From positions 1 through 33,684 of IMG/VR virus record IMGVR_UViG_3300042894_000686: a DNA stretch of 33,684 bases; one strand, written 5' to 3'. The stretch comes from a virus (lineage: Duplodnaviria > Caudoviricetes). The notes below the pieces were generated by a model. It did not search any database. It worked only from the letters and a program-made list of their open reading frames with translations, and was not told the origin of the DNA. Below, in pieces: positions 1 to 9,399 of this stretch; position 1 is the first letter of the stretch, and each line of letters opens with the position of its first letter. A program made the position numbers and the translations under genes.

Positions 1-2
1 TC

Positions 3-674
3 CATGTAGTTAACCCATCTTTCGCATTGTGGCCTGGAATCCTTGACCAATGATCCAACATACAACAATGCATCCAATTTATATACATTTCGTACGGCCT
101 CATTTACAACACCATCATATTGTCCTAATGCATCACGTGATGATTGCAATGCAATACGTTTTAATACACCTTGTCTTTGCTCGGTTGTTGTCAATTGTTT
201 TGATATCGATTGTACGACATCGGTTAAACTCGATCCCTGGTTAACGGCAATAAACAATTCTTGTTTTAATGGATTTACCAATGATTGTTGTAATCCTTGA
301 CCTTCCATTGCCGTGATCACATTTTGAATGGCATTAGTTTTAAACGTATTGATAAAACTTTTTTTTAATTCAATACCGTTCAAATCTTTGTGAATTTCTT
401 GTTGTGCATTTGCCATTGCATCAAATCCGGTTAAATAATTTGCAACCATCTCTGAATATCCGGCACGTTTTAAAAATCGTTCCACGGCCGTTCTAAATGC
501 ACCAACACGTGCAATGTTCGCATCGGTTCTAATAATACGACCATTTGTTGTGCTGAATTTATTAATCCAATCAACAACTTGTTGAACAAATTTCGGTTCA
601 ACTTTGCCTAATGTTTTTTCAACATAGGCATTCGCTTTTTCAGTAATTTTAAACGGTTGATTTAAATCGGCCAT
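3..674 (-). CDS. Minor head morphogenesis protein (Mu gpF / SPP1 gp7-like), runs off the window start
   Basis: Not in the ORF track; translated by hand from ATG at 674 (MADLNQPFKITEKAN...LLYVGSLVKDSRPQCERWVNYM) and open to the edge. Has a gpF-type 'Y.G..D.RP.C' motif and lies directly downstream of the portal candidate. Confidence 0.75.
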   Translation of the reverse strand, partial: MADLNQPFKITEKANAYVEKTLGKVEPKFVQQVVDWINKFSTTNGRIIRTDANIARVGAFRTAVERFLKRAGYSEMVANYLTGFDAMANAQQEIHKDLNGIELKKSFINTFKTNAIQNVITAMEGQGLQQSLVNPLKQELFIAVNQGSSLTDVVQSISKQLTTTEQRQGVLKRIALQSSRDALGQYDGVVNEAVRNVYKLDALLYVGSLVKDSRPQCERWVNYM

Positions 675-676
675 AT

Positions 677-2428
677 TTACATATTATCATCATCCATATC
701 ATCAATATTGAATTGCTGATTGAAATCTATTTGTTCCGGAACCATTGTAATTTTTACGGCTTCAAATCTCGGTTGCAATATCTTATCAATTTCATTATTG
801 ATTGCCGTAAAATCATTTGTCATTATATCGAAATTATTTTCGTAATACAATGTCGTTGTTGCATCAAAAACAAATGTGGCCTTTATGGCATCCTCTTGTG
901 TTATCTGATTCGATGCAATCATTATATTTCGTTCCTCAACCGTGTACAAATAGATTGATGTGTACATTGCACAAATATCCGCTATTCTACGTGCAACCGG
1001 ATCAGATGCAAACCTTCGATCCATGTATGATCTGTATGCCTCGTATCGTATTGCGGCCGGTTGACCTTTTTGTGATTCGGCAAATTCTTGCATCAAATCG
1101 GTTTCGGTTTTTAAATCAAAACTGATTGGTGGATTCACAATGATATTTGATTCCAAATCTAAAAACACCAAACCCTGGATGATGTACAATATATCATGTA
1201 ATTTACCATACACATCATCGGATATTTTACCGACCTCGATGTATTCCGGTTCACGATCCATTTCCTTTGCAACACCGGATTGTGCCGCATTCAATGATCG
1301 GTTTATATTTAACACTTGTTCGGCCTTCATCAATGCCTCGGTTGCAACCGTTCGTGTTTCCTGGATGGTTGATACATCCGGTGAAAAATAACGAATTGGA
1401 TCAACTTGTTCTTTGTCGTTTCCAAATTTGTTTGTTGTTGGATTTATGTTGTATGCGGCCAATGGTGAAATGGACAATGTTTTACCGTGACCATGACATG
1501 AATTACACGAAATCGAATTATCATGATTAACCGGATCAATCAATCGGCCGGTACCATGACATGTATTACAATCAACACCTTCAACAAATTTGATCGGAAA
1601 ACATGTTGATAACATTACCGATTTATGTTGATTGTCATAAATTGCCGCATCATTTAAATAAGGTATTGCCGGACTAAAATCAGATTTATATACAACAAAT
1701 GCATTTCCATAATTGTCATACATAGGAACCGCACGACCCCCCATGGTGATCCATGGAACAATACCCATATTATGATTATATAAAACAGTAAACTCACTTT
1801 GTCCATCAATGCTTTTTACTTCTGCATAAAATTCATCAGTTACAATATGATACCACAATGGTTGTTCTAATGCAAATGTTGAATATTTTTTCTTATTTAT
1901 TCCTTTATATATTAACAATTTGTAATCCGGATCATTAAAAACTATTCGATCGGATTGGATTGGTTTCAATTCTATATCGACTCTTTGCGTTTCATCAATT
2001 ATACCATCACCAATCGGTGATACCAATAATACGGCATTCGGATCCAATACACGATATGGTACAAATAGATTAAAAAAATATTTTGTCAAATCAACATCAC
2101 CAAATGTTTTATCCTCAATGTATTGTTGCATTTCCAAATTGTCAAATCTGATCGAATGTTTTGCACTTGACAACAATCGATTCAATTCGGTAATTGCTTT
2201 TACCAATGGTGATTCGGTTTTTGGTTGATATGTTCGTTTTCTATATTGTAAAATCTGATCATCTTCATTTGGAAATGCCGTATCCAATGCCAATGGCACT
2301 TGACCATAAAAATGTGGTTTAATGGATTCGTATATTTTTTTCCATTCATTTTTAAATGGATGAACCGGTGGTGATAAAATACCAACGGCAATTTCATCCA
2401 TAAATTTTAAAAATTGTTCAACGTTCAT
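677..2428 (-). CDS. Portal protein with an inserted DnaJ-type CxxCxGxG zinc finger
   Basis: 583 aa, acidic C-terminus, SPP1-portal-like 'AAQSGVAKEMD' segment, immediately upstream of the gpF-like gene. Contains CNTCHGTG and CNSCHGHG. Confidence 0.72.
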   Translation of the reverse strand: MNVEQFLKFMDEIAVGILSPPVHPFKNEWKKIYESIKPHFYGQVPLALDTAFPNEDDQILQYRKRTYQPKTESPLVKAITELNRLLSSAKHSIRFDNLEMQQYIEDKTFGDVDLTKYFFNLFVPYRVLDPNAVLLVSPIGDGIIDETQRVDIELKPIQSDRIVFNDPDYKLLIYKGINKKKYSTFALEQPLWYHIVTDEFYAEVKSIDGQSEFTVLYNHNMGIVPWITMGGRAVPMYDNYGNAFVVYKSDFSPAIPYLNDAAIYDNQHKSVMLSTCFPIKFVEGVDCNTCHGTGRLIDPVNHDNSISCNSCHGHGKTLSISPLAAYNINPTTNKFGNDKEQVDPIRYFSPDVSTIQETRTVATEALMKAEQVLNINRSLNAAQSGVAKEMDREPEYIEVGKISDDVYGKLHDILYIIQGLVFLDLESNIIVNPPISFDLKTETDLMQEFAESQKGQPAAIRYEAYRSYMDRRFASDPVARRIADICAMYTSIYLYTVEERNIMIASNQITQEDAIKATFVFDATTTLYYENNFDIMTNDFTAINNEIDKILQPRFEAVKITMVPEQIDFNQQFNIDDMDDDNM

Positions 2429-2442
2429 TTTTTACTATTTTT

Positions 2443-2476
2443 AAAAAATAGGATGGTATATTTCAACCATCCTATT
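2443..2476 (-). terminator. Rho-independent terminator after the tail tube gene
   Basis: Perfect 11-bp stem AATAGGATGGT (2447-2457) / ACCATCCTATT (2466-2476) followed by a U-tract on the minus strand. Confidence 0.8.
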
Positions 2477-2500
2477 AATCACTAAAAACTATTATTAAAA

Positions 2501-3379
2501 CTAAACAACTGTGATCAGTAATGAACCAACAACTCCCGATGCATCATTGGCCGTTGCAACAACCGTTACCGTACCTAATCCGGTACCGGTTAATAAACCA
2601 CCGGATGAAATTGTTGCCGTACCGGAACCATTAACAACCGACCATGTAAATGTTGGATCTGTGGCATTCAATGGTGTAACCGTTCCAATCATTTGCAATG
2701 TTGAACCATTTGTAACCGTAATTGCCGAACCCGTACCGGTAACAACAATTTGTTGAACCCAACAAACAGATGATGAAATCGATGTTAGGAATGACAATTG
2801 TAATTGAATGAATGATCCAATTTGTTCATTGTATCTGAATTCAGCCGTCCAATATGAATCATCCTCATCTGTTTCTGCGACCTGGTAATATGCACGAATT
2901 GCCGTGTTTGAATACCATCCTAAAAAACGACCATCACATGTAACAAAACCGAATTCATATCCGGAATGTTTTGCCGCATCAGCCAAAAAGTTATACAAAC
3001 CATCAACCGTAAAATCGAAATCATTTTCGGCATCTGTTAGTGTTACCGTTCTCGATTGTTTTACAACCTCTTCTTGACCGCATGATCCACGTTTTTTTGT
3101 GGAAAAATCCGGTGCTGATAAACCACCGGAAATACGTGATCCATTAACACGACCAAAAACTTCCTTTGTTGCAATTGCCGTTTCCCATTCTGCCTGGTCT
3201 GTAATATCGGCAAATTCATATGAACATTTTTTTGCAAACCATCCGGCAATACCACCGGAATAAACGGTTGAATCACATGGATTACATAAATAATCCGGTG
3301 CAAATTCATTATCAACACATGGTGGACATACACCGAATACACCGGTGAAACCCATGTTTAAAAATTTATAATTATTCAT
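2501..3379 (-). CDS. Major tail tube protein with C-terminal Ig-like (Big_2) domain
   Basis: C-terminal ITVTNGSTLQM..TVTPLNATDPTFTWSV...ATISSGGLLTG...GTVTVVATAND is a typical Big_2. N-terminal ~200 aa is tail-tube sized. Followed by a strong terminator. The start could be the second Met (MGFTG). Confidence 0.72.
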   Translation of the reverse strand: MNNYKFLNMGFTGVFGVCPPCVDNEFAPDYLCNPCDSTVYSGGIAGWFAKKCSYEFADITDQAEWETAIATKEVFGRVNGSRISGGLSAPDFSTKKRGSCGQEEVVKQSRTVTLTDAENDFDFTVDGLYNFLADAAKHSGYEFGFVTCDGRFLGWYSNTAIRAYYQVAETDEDDSYWTAEFRYNEQIGSFIQLQLSFLTSISSSVCWVQQIVVTGTGSAITVTNGSTLQMIGTVTPLNATDPTFTWSVVNGSGTATISSGGLLTGTGLGTVTVVATANDASGVVGSLLITVV

Positions 3380-3436
3380 TTTATGATAATTTTTTTTGTT
3401 TTCAATTTATTAACTCGGTATCTGTTACCAACCTTT

Positions 3437-4384
3437 TTATATATCACATCTACGATTATCAATCCGACAAATATCATCAAATGTCAAATCAATTCCGAAC
3501 ATCCTGGAATCATCCGGTTTTTGATCATAAGCAAAATTTTGATAAACATTACCATCAACCGACACATTAAAACCTCTCACCGTTTGTGCCAATTTTTCTA
3601 CATAATATGGTGGATAAACACCGGATATTATTTTGTAATTTTTGGTAATTTGTTTACTTATTACAACATTACGATCATTCTCTGTTACCGATTCCGAATC
3701 ACCAATAAATTCAACATTGCCAAATAATCGGATTGAATTATAATATGGTGAATTACCAACACCAAATGTGTTTCTTAATTGACCATAAAACAAACCATCA
3801 CAATCAAATTGTGAATATGTTGATTCTATTAAAACTGATTCGGTGAATCCACATGCCGGAATTTCTTTATAATACTCGGTAAAAATTATCCTATCATCAA
3901 CCGGTAATCCACTTGTTGGATCAATTTTCCTAAATGTAATTCTTAATTTAAAACAGTCAACATTAATCAATCCGGTATTGACAAAAAATGTTTGAACACT
4001 TCCGGTTTCATCTGAATGTCCAACATACCATTCATCACAAAAATCATCAATATTTTTTGTAATTATATTATCACAACAATCAATTACTTCAACCATTACA
4101 AAATATGAACCACCTAATGATGTTCGAAAACCGCTTGTCAATATCGATGATGGTTGATTGTATTCATCAACAAATCGTGTTTGAAATGGTATAATATCAC
4201 CACTTACATATGGTGTAAAAAACGGCAAATCAGATCCACATAAATTACAATTCCATGATTCCGATTCATTATATATAAAATTCGGTGGCAAATCCGGACA
4301 TGGATATCTAATTGGTACCCTTGCACGAATAGTATTAGTGAATGATGATTCGTTTGTATATGTGACCGGATATTGTATTATCAT
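3437..4384 (-). CDS. Putative virion structural protein (tail module)
   Basis: 315 aa, beta-rich, Cys-rich, between tail proteins and the tail tube gene. Confidence 0.55.
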   Translation of the reverse strand: MIIQYPVTYTNESSFTNTIRARVPIRYPCPDLPPNFIYNESESWNCNLCGSDLPFFTPYVSGDIIPFQTRFVDEYNQPSSILTSGFRTSLGGSYFVMVEVIDCCDNIITKNIDDFCDEWYVGHSDETGSVQTFFVNTGLINVDCFKLRITFRKIDPTSGLPVDDRIIFTEYYKEIPACGFTESVLIESTYSQFDCDGLFYGQLRNTFGVGNSPYYNSIRLFGNVEFIGDSESVTENDRNVVISKQITKNYKIISGVYPPYYVEKLAQTVRGFNVSVDGNVYQNFAYDQKPDDSRMFGIDLTFDDICRIDNRRCDI

Positions 4385-4388
4385 AAAA

Positions 4389-4396
4389 CAAAATTA
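4389..4396 (-). promoter_or_regulatory. Bacteroidota-type -7 promoter element TAATTTTG
   Basis: Matches TAnnTTTG in an AT-rich intergenic gap, 4 nt before the ATG at 4384. Confidence 0.4.
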
Positions 4397-4439
4397 TACT
4401 TAAATATTGTTATTTATTAAATAAAGTTTTTATTTTATA

Positions 4440-6926
4440 TTAACCTAAATCTGTACAAATATATGCATTTGAATCATATGGAATTATCGGTGCCGGATTC
4501 AATGGAACCGGTTTTGGTATTGTTACATTTAACTCATGTCGAATTGTATGTGTACCAAATCCATAATCAAAACCGGCATCAATAATCAATTGAAAATATA
4601 CATCGGTATATATATCATTGATATTTAATACAGTCAAATTATAACCGGAAATAACTTGTGATACACCAACCAAAACATTTGATGAATTAACAACACGATA
4701 TCTTACAATATTTAAACCACCAATATAATTTGGATGTGATAATATTTCATTTACAACATCTGTAATATCAGATAATACCTTCCAACGAACCAATGTACCA
4801 TATTGTGTTGATATTTTTGTGTCATCAACCAATCCAACCGGACAATAATCCGGATCAGTTTTTAAACTTATTGCACTTATCCAATATTGTTGTTGAAATG
4901 GCAATTGTGGTGTGAATATTTCAAATGTTGCAAAATCATCATTCAAAAATCCGGTTTCAACATTGCTTAATTTATCACTAATCAATAACGGCATTTGTAT
5001 AACCGTTGGTTGCCACGATTCCTCCTCTTCAACTTGTGGCATATTTGTGTTTCCGGATGCTGATCCTGGATAAATTGTTGCAATCAGATTTATTGATCCG
5101 GTGTATGCATTGTCCTTTTCAACTTCAACAATAACTTTTTCACGATTACAAAAATCAATGACATCAACTTTTGTTCCTGGATATAAATTATAATCCAAAA
5201 ATCTTACATTGATTAAATTTGGTGTAATCTGATCATTATCAAACAAATCAACTTGCAATTTTTGTTGAAATTCTACCGTGTTAAACTCGGTTTGGCCAAT
5301 TAAAAATGTTGGTTGATTAAAATTTACCGACCAATTAATATAACCGGTATTTCCGGCATATTCCTCATCAATCCTAAATGTTGCTTCGATTCTTAATGTT
5401 GATGCATCATTTATTGCAATTTGCATATCCGGTGTCAATCTCGCATTGTTTAATGGTGGTGTCAATGAATTAGGTATATATACTTGCAATTGATTCGATG
5501 CCGATCCTAAAGATTGGAAATTACATGCTATTCCAAATAATGATGAATCAAATGATCCGGCCAATCCTAATAATGCCAATTGTGAATTATATGATGTTTT
5601 ATCAATTACCAAAGATGATTTAAATCTTTGATGTGGTGATAATGTCAAATCATTTCCACTAAATTCAGCATTATATGTTGACAAATAACCATTAATTGTT
5701 GGAACAATTGGCTCCATAAATGATGCAGTCAATTCCGGTGATATATGTGATGTCACTCTGAATGGATTTGCACTATCGTAAACATTTAAAATTATTCGAT
5801 ATGATGATCCAAATTGTAATAAATTACCATTTATTGTAAATTCAACATAAATATCATCCGGATTCGGTACATTTTCAAACCAATCAGATGGTGTATAAAT
5901 CATATTATCAATAACTGCGGATCCTGGTGTCGCTTGTGGAATAACGGCATCAGACATTTGTAAATCACCAAAAAAATTAATTAAATCTGTTGAACGATCT
6001 GTACAAAACATCAATGCACGTACATCTGTTATTGGTGGATTCGGTGAAGTAAATGAACTGCCTCGTAAATATATTTTTACAGTATTATTTTCATTAATAG
6101 ATAATTGATTTCGTAATACATTGAATGATGCATCAACGTTTTGCAATACATTTTGTGCTGATGTTGCCGTTGCTTTTGTTATTGATGGTAATCCATTACT
6201 AATTTGTGTCGGTGATGTAATTTCAATATCTCGCAAATATCTCATTCCACTCGTTATATTAAGATAATTTGAATTGTACCAACGTGCAGAATGTTCAATA
6301 TTCCAAAACATTGAACCATCATTAGGATTTAATACCGTTTCATTTACCGGAATACTAAAATTTCGAACATTTGCAATGATTCCTAATTGTTTAAATGTTG
6401 TATATACTGATGGTAAATAATTTGTCAATGCAAATTGTGGTGTATTGTCATGCCTGGAATCAATAAATCGATCATTGTTTGTTAATGATAATTGTTCATT
6501 GATATATTGCAACACATCCATTGTTAGATAAAAATCAATTTCAGCCGTTGCCGTTGTAAATGTAGCATCACAATAAAATTTACTAAATAAATTTTGCTTT
6601 GGCAAATTATTGCTTTGACTAATATTACCGGTATTCCAAAATCCATTTAATGGTGTAGTATTTAAATATTGTGATGCATAACCATAAATATTTAAAAATG
6701 GTAATTGTAAATCAGTAAATAATCCTAAATTAACAGTTAATGTTCGACCGGAAAATGTATCAACTCCGGTTGCGTCAATTCTTATTGTTAATCTTATTCT
6801 ATTACCAATTGCCATTTGATTAATCGATGCCGGTGTCGTAAATGGATTAAATGATAACGGTGGCAATAAATCATTACCGTTTTTATCAATATTTTGTATT
6901 GTTATATCTTTAAATTCGTATGGCAT
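4440..6926 (-). CDS. Large virion structural protein (tail tip / baseplate region)
   Basis: 828 aa, N/T/S/P-rich beta-type composition, downstream of tape measure. Confidence 0.6.
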   Translation of the reverse strand: MPYEFKDITIQNIDKNGNDLLPPLSFNPFTTPASINQMAIGNRIRLTIRIDATGVDTFSGRTLTVNLGLFTDLQLPFLNIYGYASQYLNTTPLNGFWNTGNISQSNNLPKQNLFSKFYCDATFTTATAEIDFYLTMDVLQYINEQLSLTNNDRFIDSRHDNTPQFALTNYLPSVYTTFKQLGIIANVRNFSIPVNETVLNPNDGSMFWNIEHSARWYNSNYLNITSGMRYLRDIEITSPTQISNGLPSITKATATSAQNVLQNVDASFNVLRNQLSINENNTVKIYLRGSSFTSPNPPITDVRALMFCTDRSTDLINFFGDLQMSDAVIPQATPGSAVIDNMIYTPSDWFENVPNPDDIYVEFTINGNLLQFGSSYRIILNVYDSANPFRVTSHISPELTASFMEPIVPTINGYLSTYNAEFSGNDLTLSPHQRFKSSLVIDKTSYNSQLALLGLAGSFDSSLFGIACNFQSLGSASNQLQVYIPNSLTPPLNNARLTPDMQIAINDASTLRIEATFRIDEEYAGNTGYINWSVNFNQPTFLIGQTEFNTVEFQQKLQVDLFDNDQITPNLINVRFLDYNLYPGTKVDVIDFCNREKVIVEVEKDNAYTGSINLIATIYPGSASGNTNMPQVEEEESWQPTVIQMPLLISDKLSNVETGFLNDDFATFEIFTPQLPFQQQYWISAISLKTDPDYCPVGLVDDTKISTQYGTLVRWKVLSDITDVVNEILSHPNYIGGLNIVRYRVVNSSNVLVGVSQVISGYNLTVLNINDIYTDVYFQLIIDAGFDYGFGTHTIRHELNVTIPKPVPLNPAPIIPYDSNAYICTDLG

Positions 6927-6930
6927 TATC

Positions 6931-8610
6931 TTAAATTTTACCGGTTATTGTCAATGAATTATTTGTCACATCATATGTTATTTCCTCAATATTACCATCA
7001 CCAATCGGTGTACGTACAAATTTATCAATGGATAATCCACGTAATAAATTGCAATCGGCCGTTACTGATAATGTAAATTTACGAATTTTTATTGATGTAT
7101 TTCTCGGATCATCAATACATAACAATCTTTGATATGCCGTATCATATGATGTTCCATTACGATCAACTAATGGATTTTCAAATACTTGCCATTTGTAATT
7201 ATATGTAAATAAACCGTTGTTGTTTTCATAAAAATTCACAACACCGTATCCACGATATATAAAACCATTTTGATCATATGTTTGTCCAATATCCAATAAT
7301 TTTGGAAAATTTGCAACACCTTTTTCCAATAACATTGCATTATCATTTTCTGTTCTATTTAATACCGGATAAAATCCTCGGTAAAATCTTTTATCAATCG
7401 GTGCCACATCAATTCGATTATTATCAAATCTAAATTGTGATGCTGAAAATGTAAAATTTTTTGTGAATAATCCACGTAAAACCGGATTAATCGGAACATT
7501 CCAATCGATTGAACGTTGTGACCAATTCGGTGCAACTTCATCACCGGAATTATCAACACCATCTTTTGGATAATTATATTCAGCAAATGCATATGGTTTA
7601 TTTTCTGTTGGTTCTATGCAAATACTTAATAATTGATCATCATTTAATAACTCGGTGTCAAACCACAATCCACCATTAAAAAAATCTTTGCGTTCAATTA
7701 CCAATGTATTGTTTGTAATTCGCCAATCAATATTCCATTCTCTTAATGTATCCAAAAACTGAATTCCATTTAAATTTGGTTGATTTAATTGATTAGCATA
7801 TGCAACATCACGATCGTTTTGGCTTCCTGGTTTATATGCCATATCAACACGAACCGTATTATGATAATATCCACCAACATCAAACAATGATGATTGATAT
7901 GATAATGAACATAATTTGCACATATTTTTGAAATATGAATCCATGTATGGTGCAATGTGTTTTTTTCCACATCCAACAATCAAATTTCCTAAGTCATTAA
8001 ATATGTTTGAATCAACACCACCTAAAAAATTAAAAAATTGCAATATTGCCAATATCGGTGTCGTTAAAATAAAAAACCAAATACCCATGATCATCAATGC
8101 CTCATGCGTGAAATCCGGTTTGACATCATCACAATAATATATATACGGTGCAACTCTGAATTCATCAATACCACGTGATCGATTCCTTACATTACCACTT
8201 CGATTTGCTATATCATATGCCATTATATTTTTTAAACAAGTAATTGCCAATCCAACCGAACTATTATCGATCACAGTCACTTGTGCATAACAATTTGGAA
8301 ATATACACCATCGAACATCAGATCCTTCAATCAATCCGGTAAATAATAACCTGGAATTTCCATTATCATCCAAACAACATGTGTCATAAACTAATACCTG
8401 GATTGATTCCAATGCCGGATTCGGTTTGTTGATGATTTCATTATACACATAATCATATGCATTACCGGTTAATGTCAATTCCGGTGAAAATGAATATCCG
8501 GAATCACCGGATTCCGTTTTATTTCGATAAACAAAACTTATTGATTCCGTACCATCGAAATCATTTAAATTCATCAGATTATTATCGAAAAATATTTGGA
8601 TGTTATTCAT
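6931..8610 (-). CDS. Putative tail tip / hub protein
   Basis: 559 aa, first large gene after tape measure. N-terminal 'YSFSPELTLTGNAYDY...LLFTGLI' pattern resembles siphovirus hub proteins. Has an internal hydrophobic segment. Confidence 0.55.
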   Translation of the reverse strand: MNNIQIFFDNNLMNLNDFDGTESISFVYRNKTESGDSGYSFSPELTLTGNAYDYVYNEIINKPNPALESIQVLVYDTCCLDDNGNSRLLFTGLIEGSDVRWCIFPNCYAQVTVIDNSSVGLAITCLKNIMAYDIANRSGNVRNRSRGIDEFRVAPYIYYCDDVKPDFTHEALMIMGIWFFILTTPILAILQFFNFLGGVDSNIFNDLGNLIVGCGKKHIAPYMDSYFKNMCKLCSLSYQSSLFDVGGYYHNTVRVDMAYKPGSQNDRDVAYANQLNQPNLNGIQFLDTLREWNIDWRITNNTLVIERKDFFNGGLWFDTELLNDDQLLSICIEPTENKPYAFAEYNYPKDGVDNSGDEVAPNWSQRSIDWNVPINPVLRGLFTKNFTFSASQFRFDNNRIDVAPIDKRFYRGFYPVLNRTENDNAMLLEKGVANFPKLLDIGQTYDQNGFIYRGYGVVNFYENNNGLFTYNYKWQVFENPLVDRNGTSYDTAYQRLLCIDDPRNTSIKIRKFTLSVTADCNLLRGLSIDKFVRTPIGDGNIEEITYDVTNNSLTITGKI

Positions 8611-8614
8611 TGTA

Positions 8615-8968
8615 TTATTTTAATATGCCATATGTAATGGATCCAATTGTTGTACCGATTGCAACATATCCAATTATTTGCCAAAATTTACGTTTTCTTT
8701 TTTCGGTTTTTATTACATGTGTATATTCAGCACGTTCAACATCCAATGATATTTGACATGATTTATACATGTCTGAATAATTTTCGGATTGTTTTGCCAA
8801 ATTGCCAATCTCGGTATCTTTTAAATCAACCAATTTTTTGTAATTATCGATCAATATTTCACAATCATCAACGATCGACATGCACTCTTTTAATTTGGCA
8901 TCACATTGACCGGATAGATGTTGTGTAAAAATACCGATTAAAAATAATAATATATATTTATTTGGCAT
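8615..8968 (-). CDS. Exported coiled-coil protein with C-terminal TM helix (spanin-like candidate)
   Basis: Signal-peptide-like N-terminus (YILLFLIGIFTQHLSG|QC), coiled coil, KRKRK then a TM segment (FWQIIGYVAIGTTIGSITYGIL). Overlaps the upstream gene. Confidence 0.5.
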   Translation of the reverse strand: MPNKYILLFLIGIFTQHLSGQCDAKLKECMSIVDDCEILIDNYKKLVDLKDTEIGNLAKQSENYSDMYKSCQISLDVERAEYTHVIKTEKRKRKFWQIIGYVAIGTTIGSITYGILK

Positions 8969-9221
8969 CTCTTAATTTTTTAATACGTTGTTTTAAATCG
9001 GTTTCGGATATATCAATTGTGCTTTGCAATGAATCAATTGATCTTTGTAATTTTAAACGTTCATCCTTCAATGCATTTATTTCGATTCTAAGGCTATCAA
9101 TAAATGTTTTGGAATGTTTGTCCAATACTTTGTTTTTTTGTTGAATATCATCAAACATAATGTACAATATCACAATAAAAACAATTATTACTGATGCATA
9201 TTTTATGATGTCAATTTTCAT
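8958..9221 (-). CDS. N-terminal TM plus coiled-coil protein (i-spanin-like candidate)
   Basis: YASVIIVFIVILYIMF TM segment followed by heptad-patterned helix. Confidence 0.5.
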   Translation of the reverse strand: MKIDIIKYASVIIVFIVILYIMFDDIQQKNKVLDKHSKTFIDSLRIEINALKDERLKLQRSIDSLQSTIDISETDLKQRIKKLRDAK

Positions 9222-9388
9222 TTCTTATCCTTTGTTTTTGGTTTTGCATTTTTATTTTTCATGTTGATCGATGCATCCGATAATGCAATGGCAACGGCTT
9301 GGTCTTGTGGATAACCTTCCGAAATTAATTTGCTGATGTTATCATTAACACATTTACGATCACCTGGTAAACATTTCTCTAATGGCAT
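9218..9388 (-). CDS. Small basic phage protein, 56 aa (NI..LI.EGYPQ.QAVAIA type)
   Basis: Below ORF-track cutoff. Hand translation MPLEKCLPGDRKCVNDNISKLISEGYPQDQAVAIALSDASINMKNKNAKPKTKDKK. Fills the gap exactly and has an ATGA overlap with the next gene. Confidence 0.8.
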   Translation of the reverse strand: MPLEKCLPGDRKCVNDNISKLISEGYPQDQAVAIALSDASINMKNKNAKPKTKDKK

Positions 9389-9399
9389 AATATTAAATT

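Noticed and set aside
677-2428. DnaJ chaperone call based on CxxCxGxG
   Set aside because: No J-domain HPD motif or G/F region. Size and context fit a portal.
2495-2503. TAG stop of the tail tube gene as a read-through or recoding site
   Set aside because: TAA follows after one codon. Genes tile densely under the standard code, so there is no sign of stop codon reassignment.
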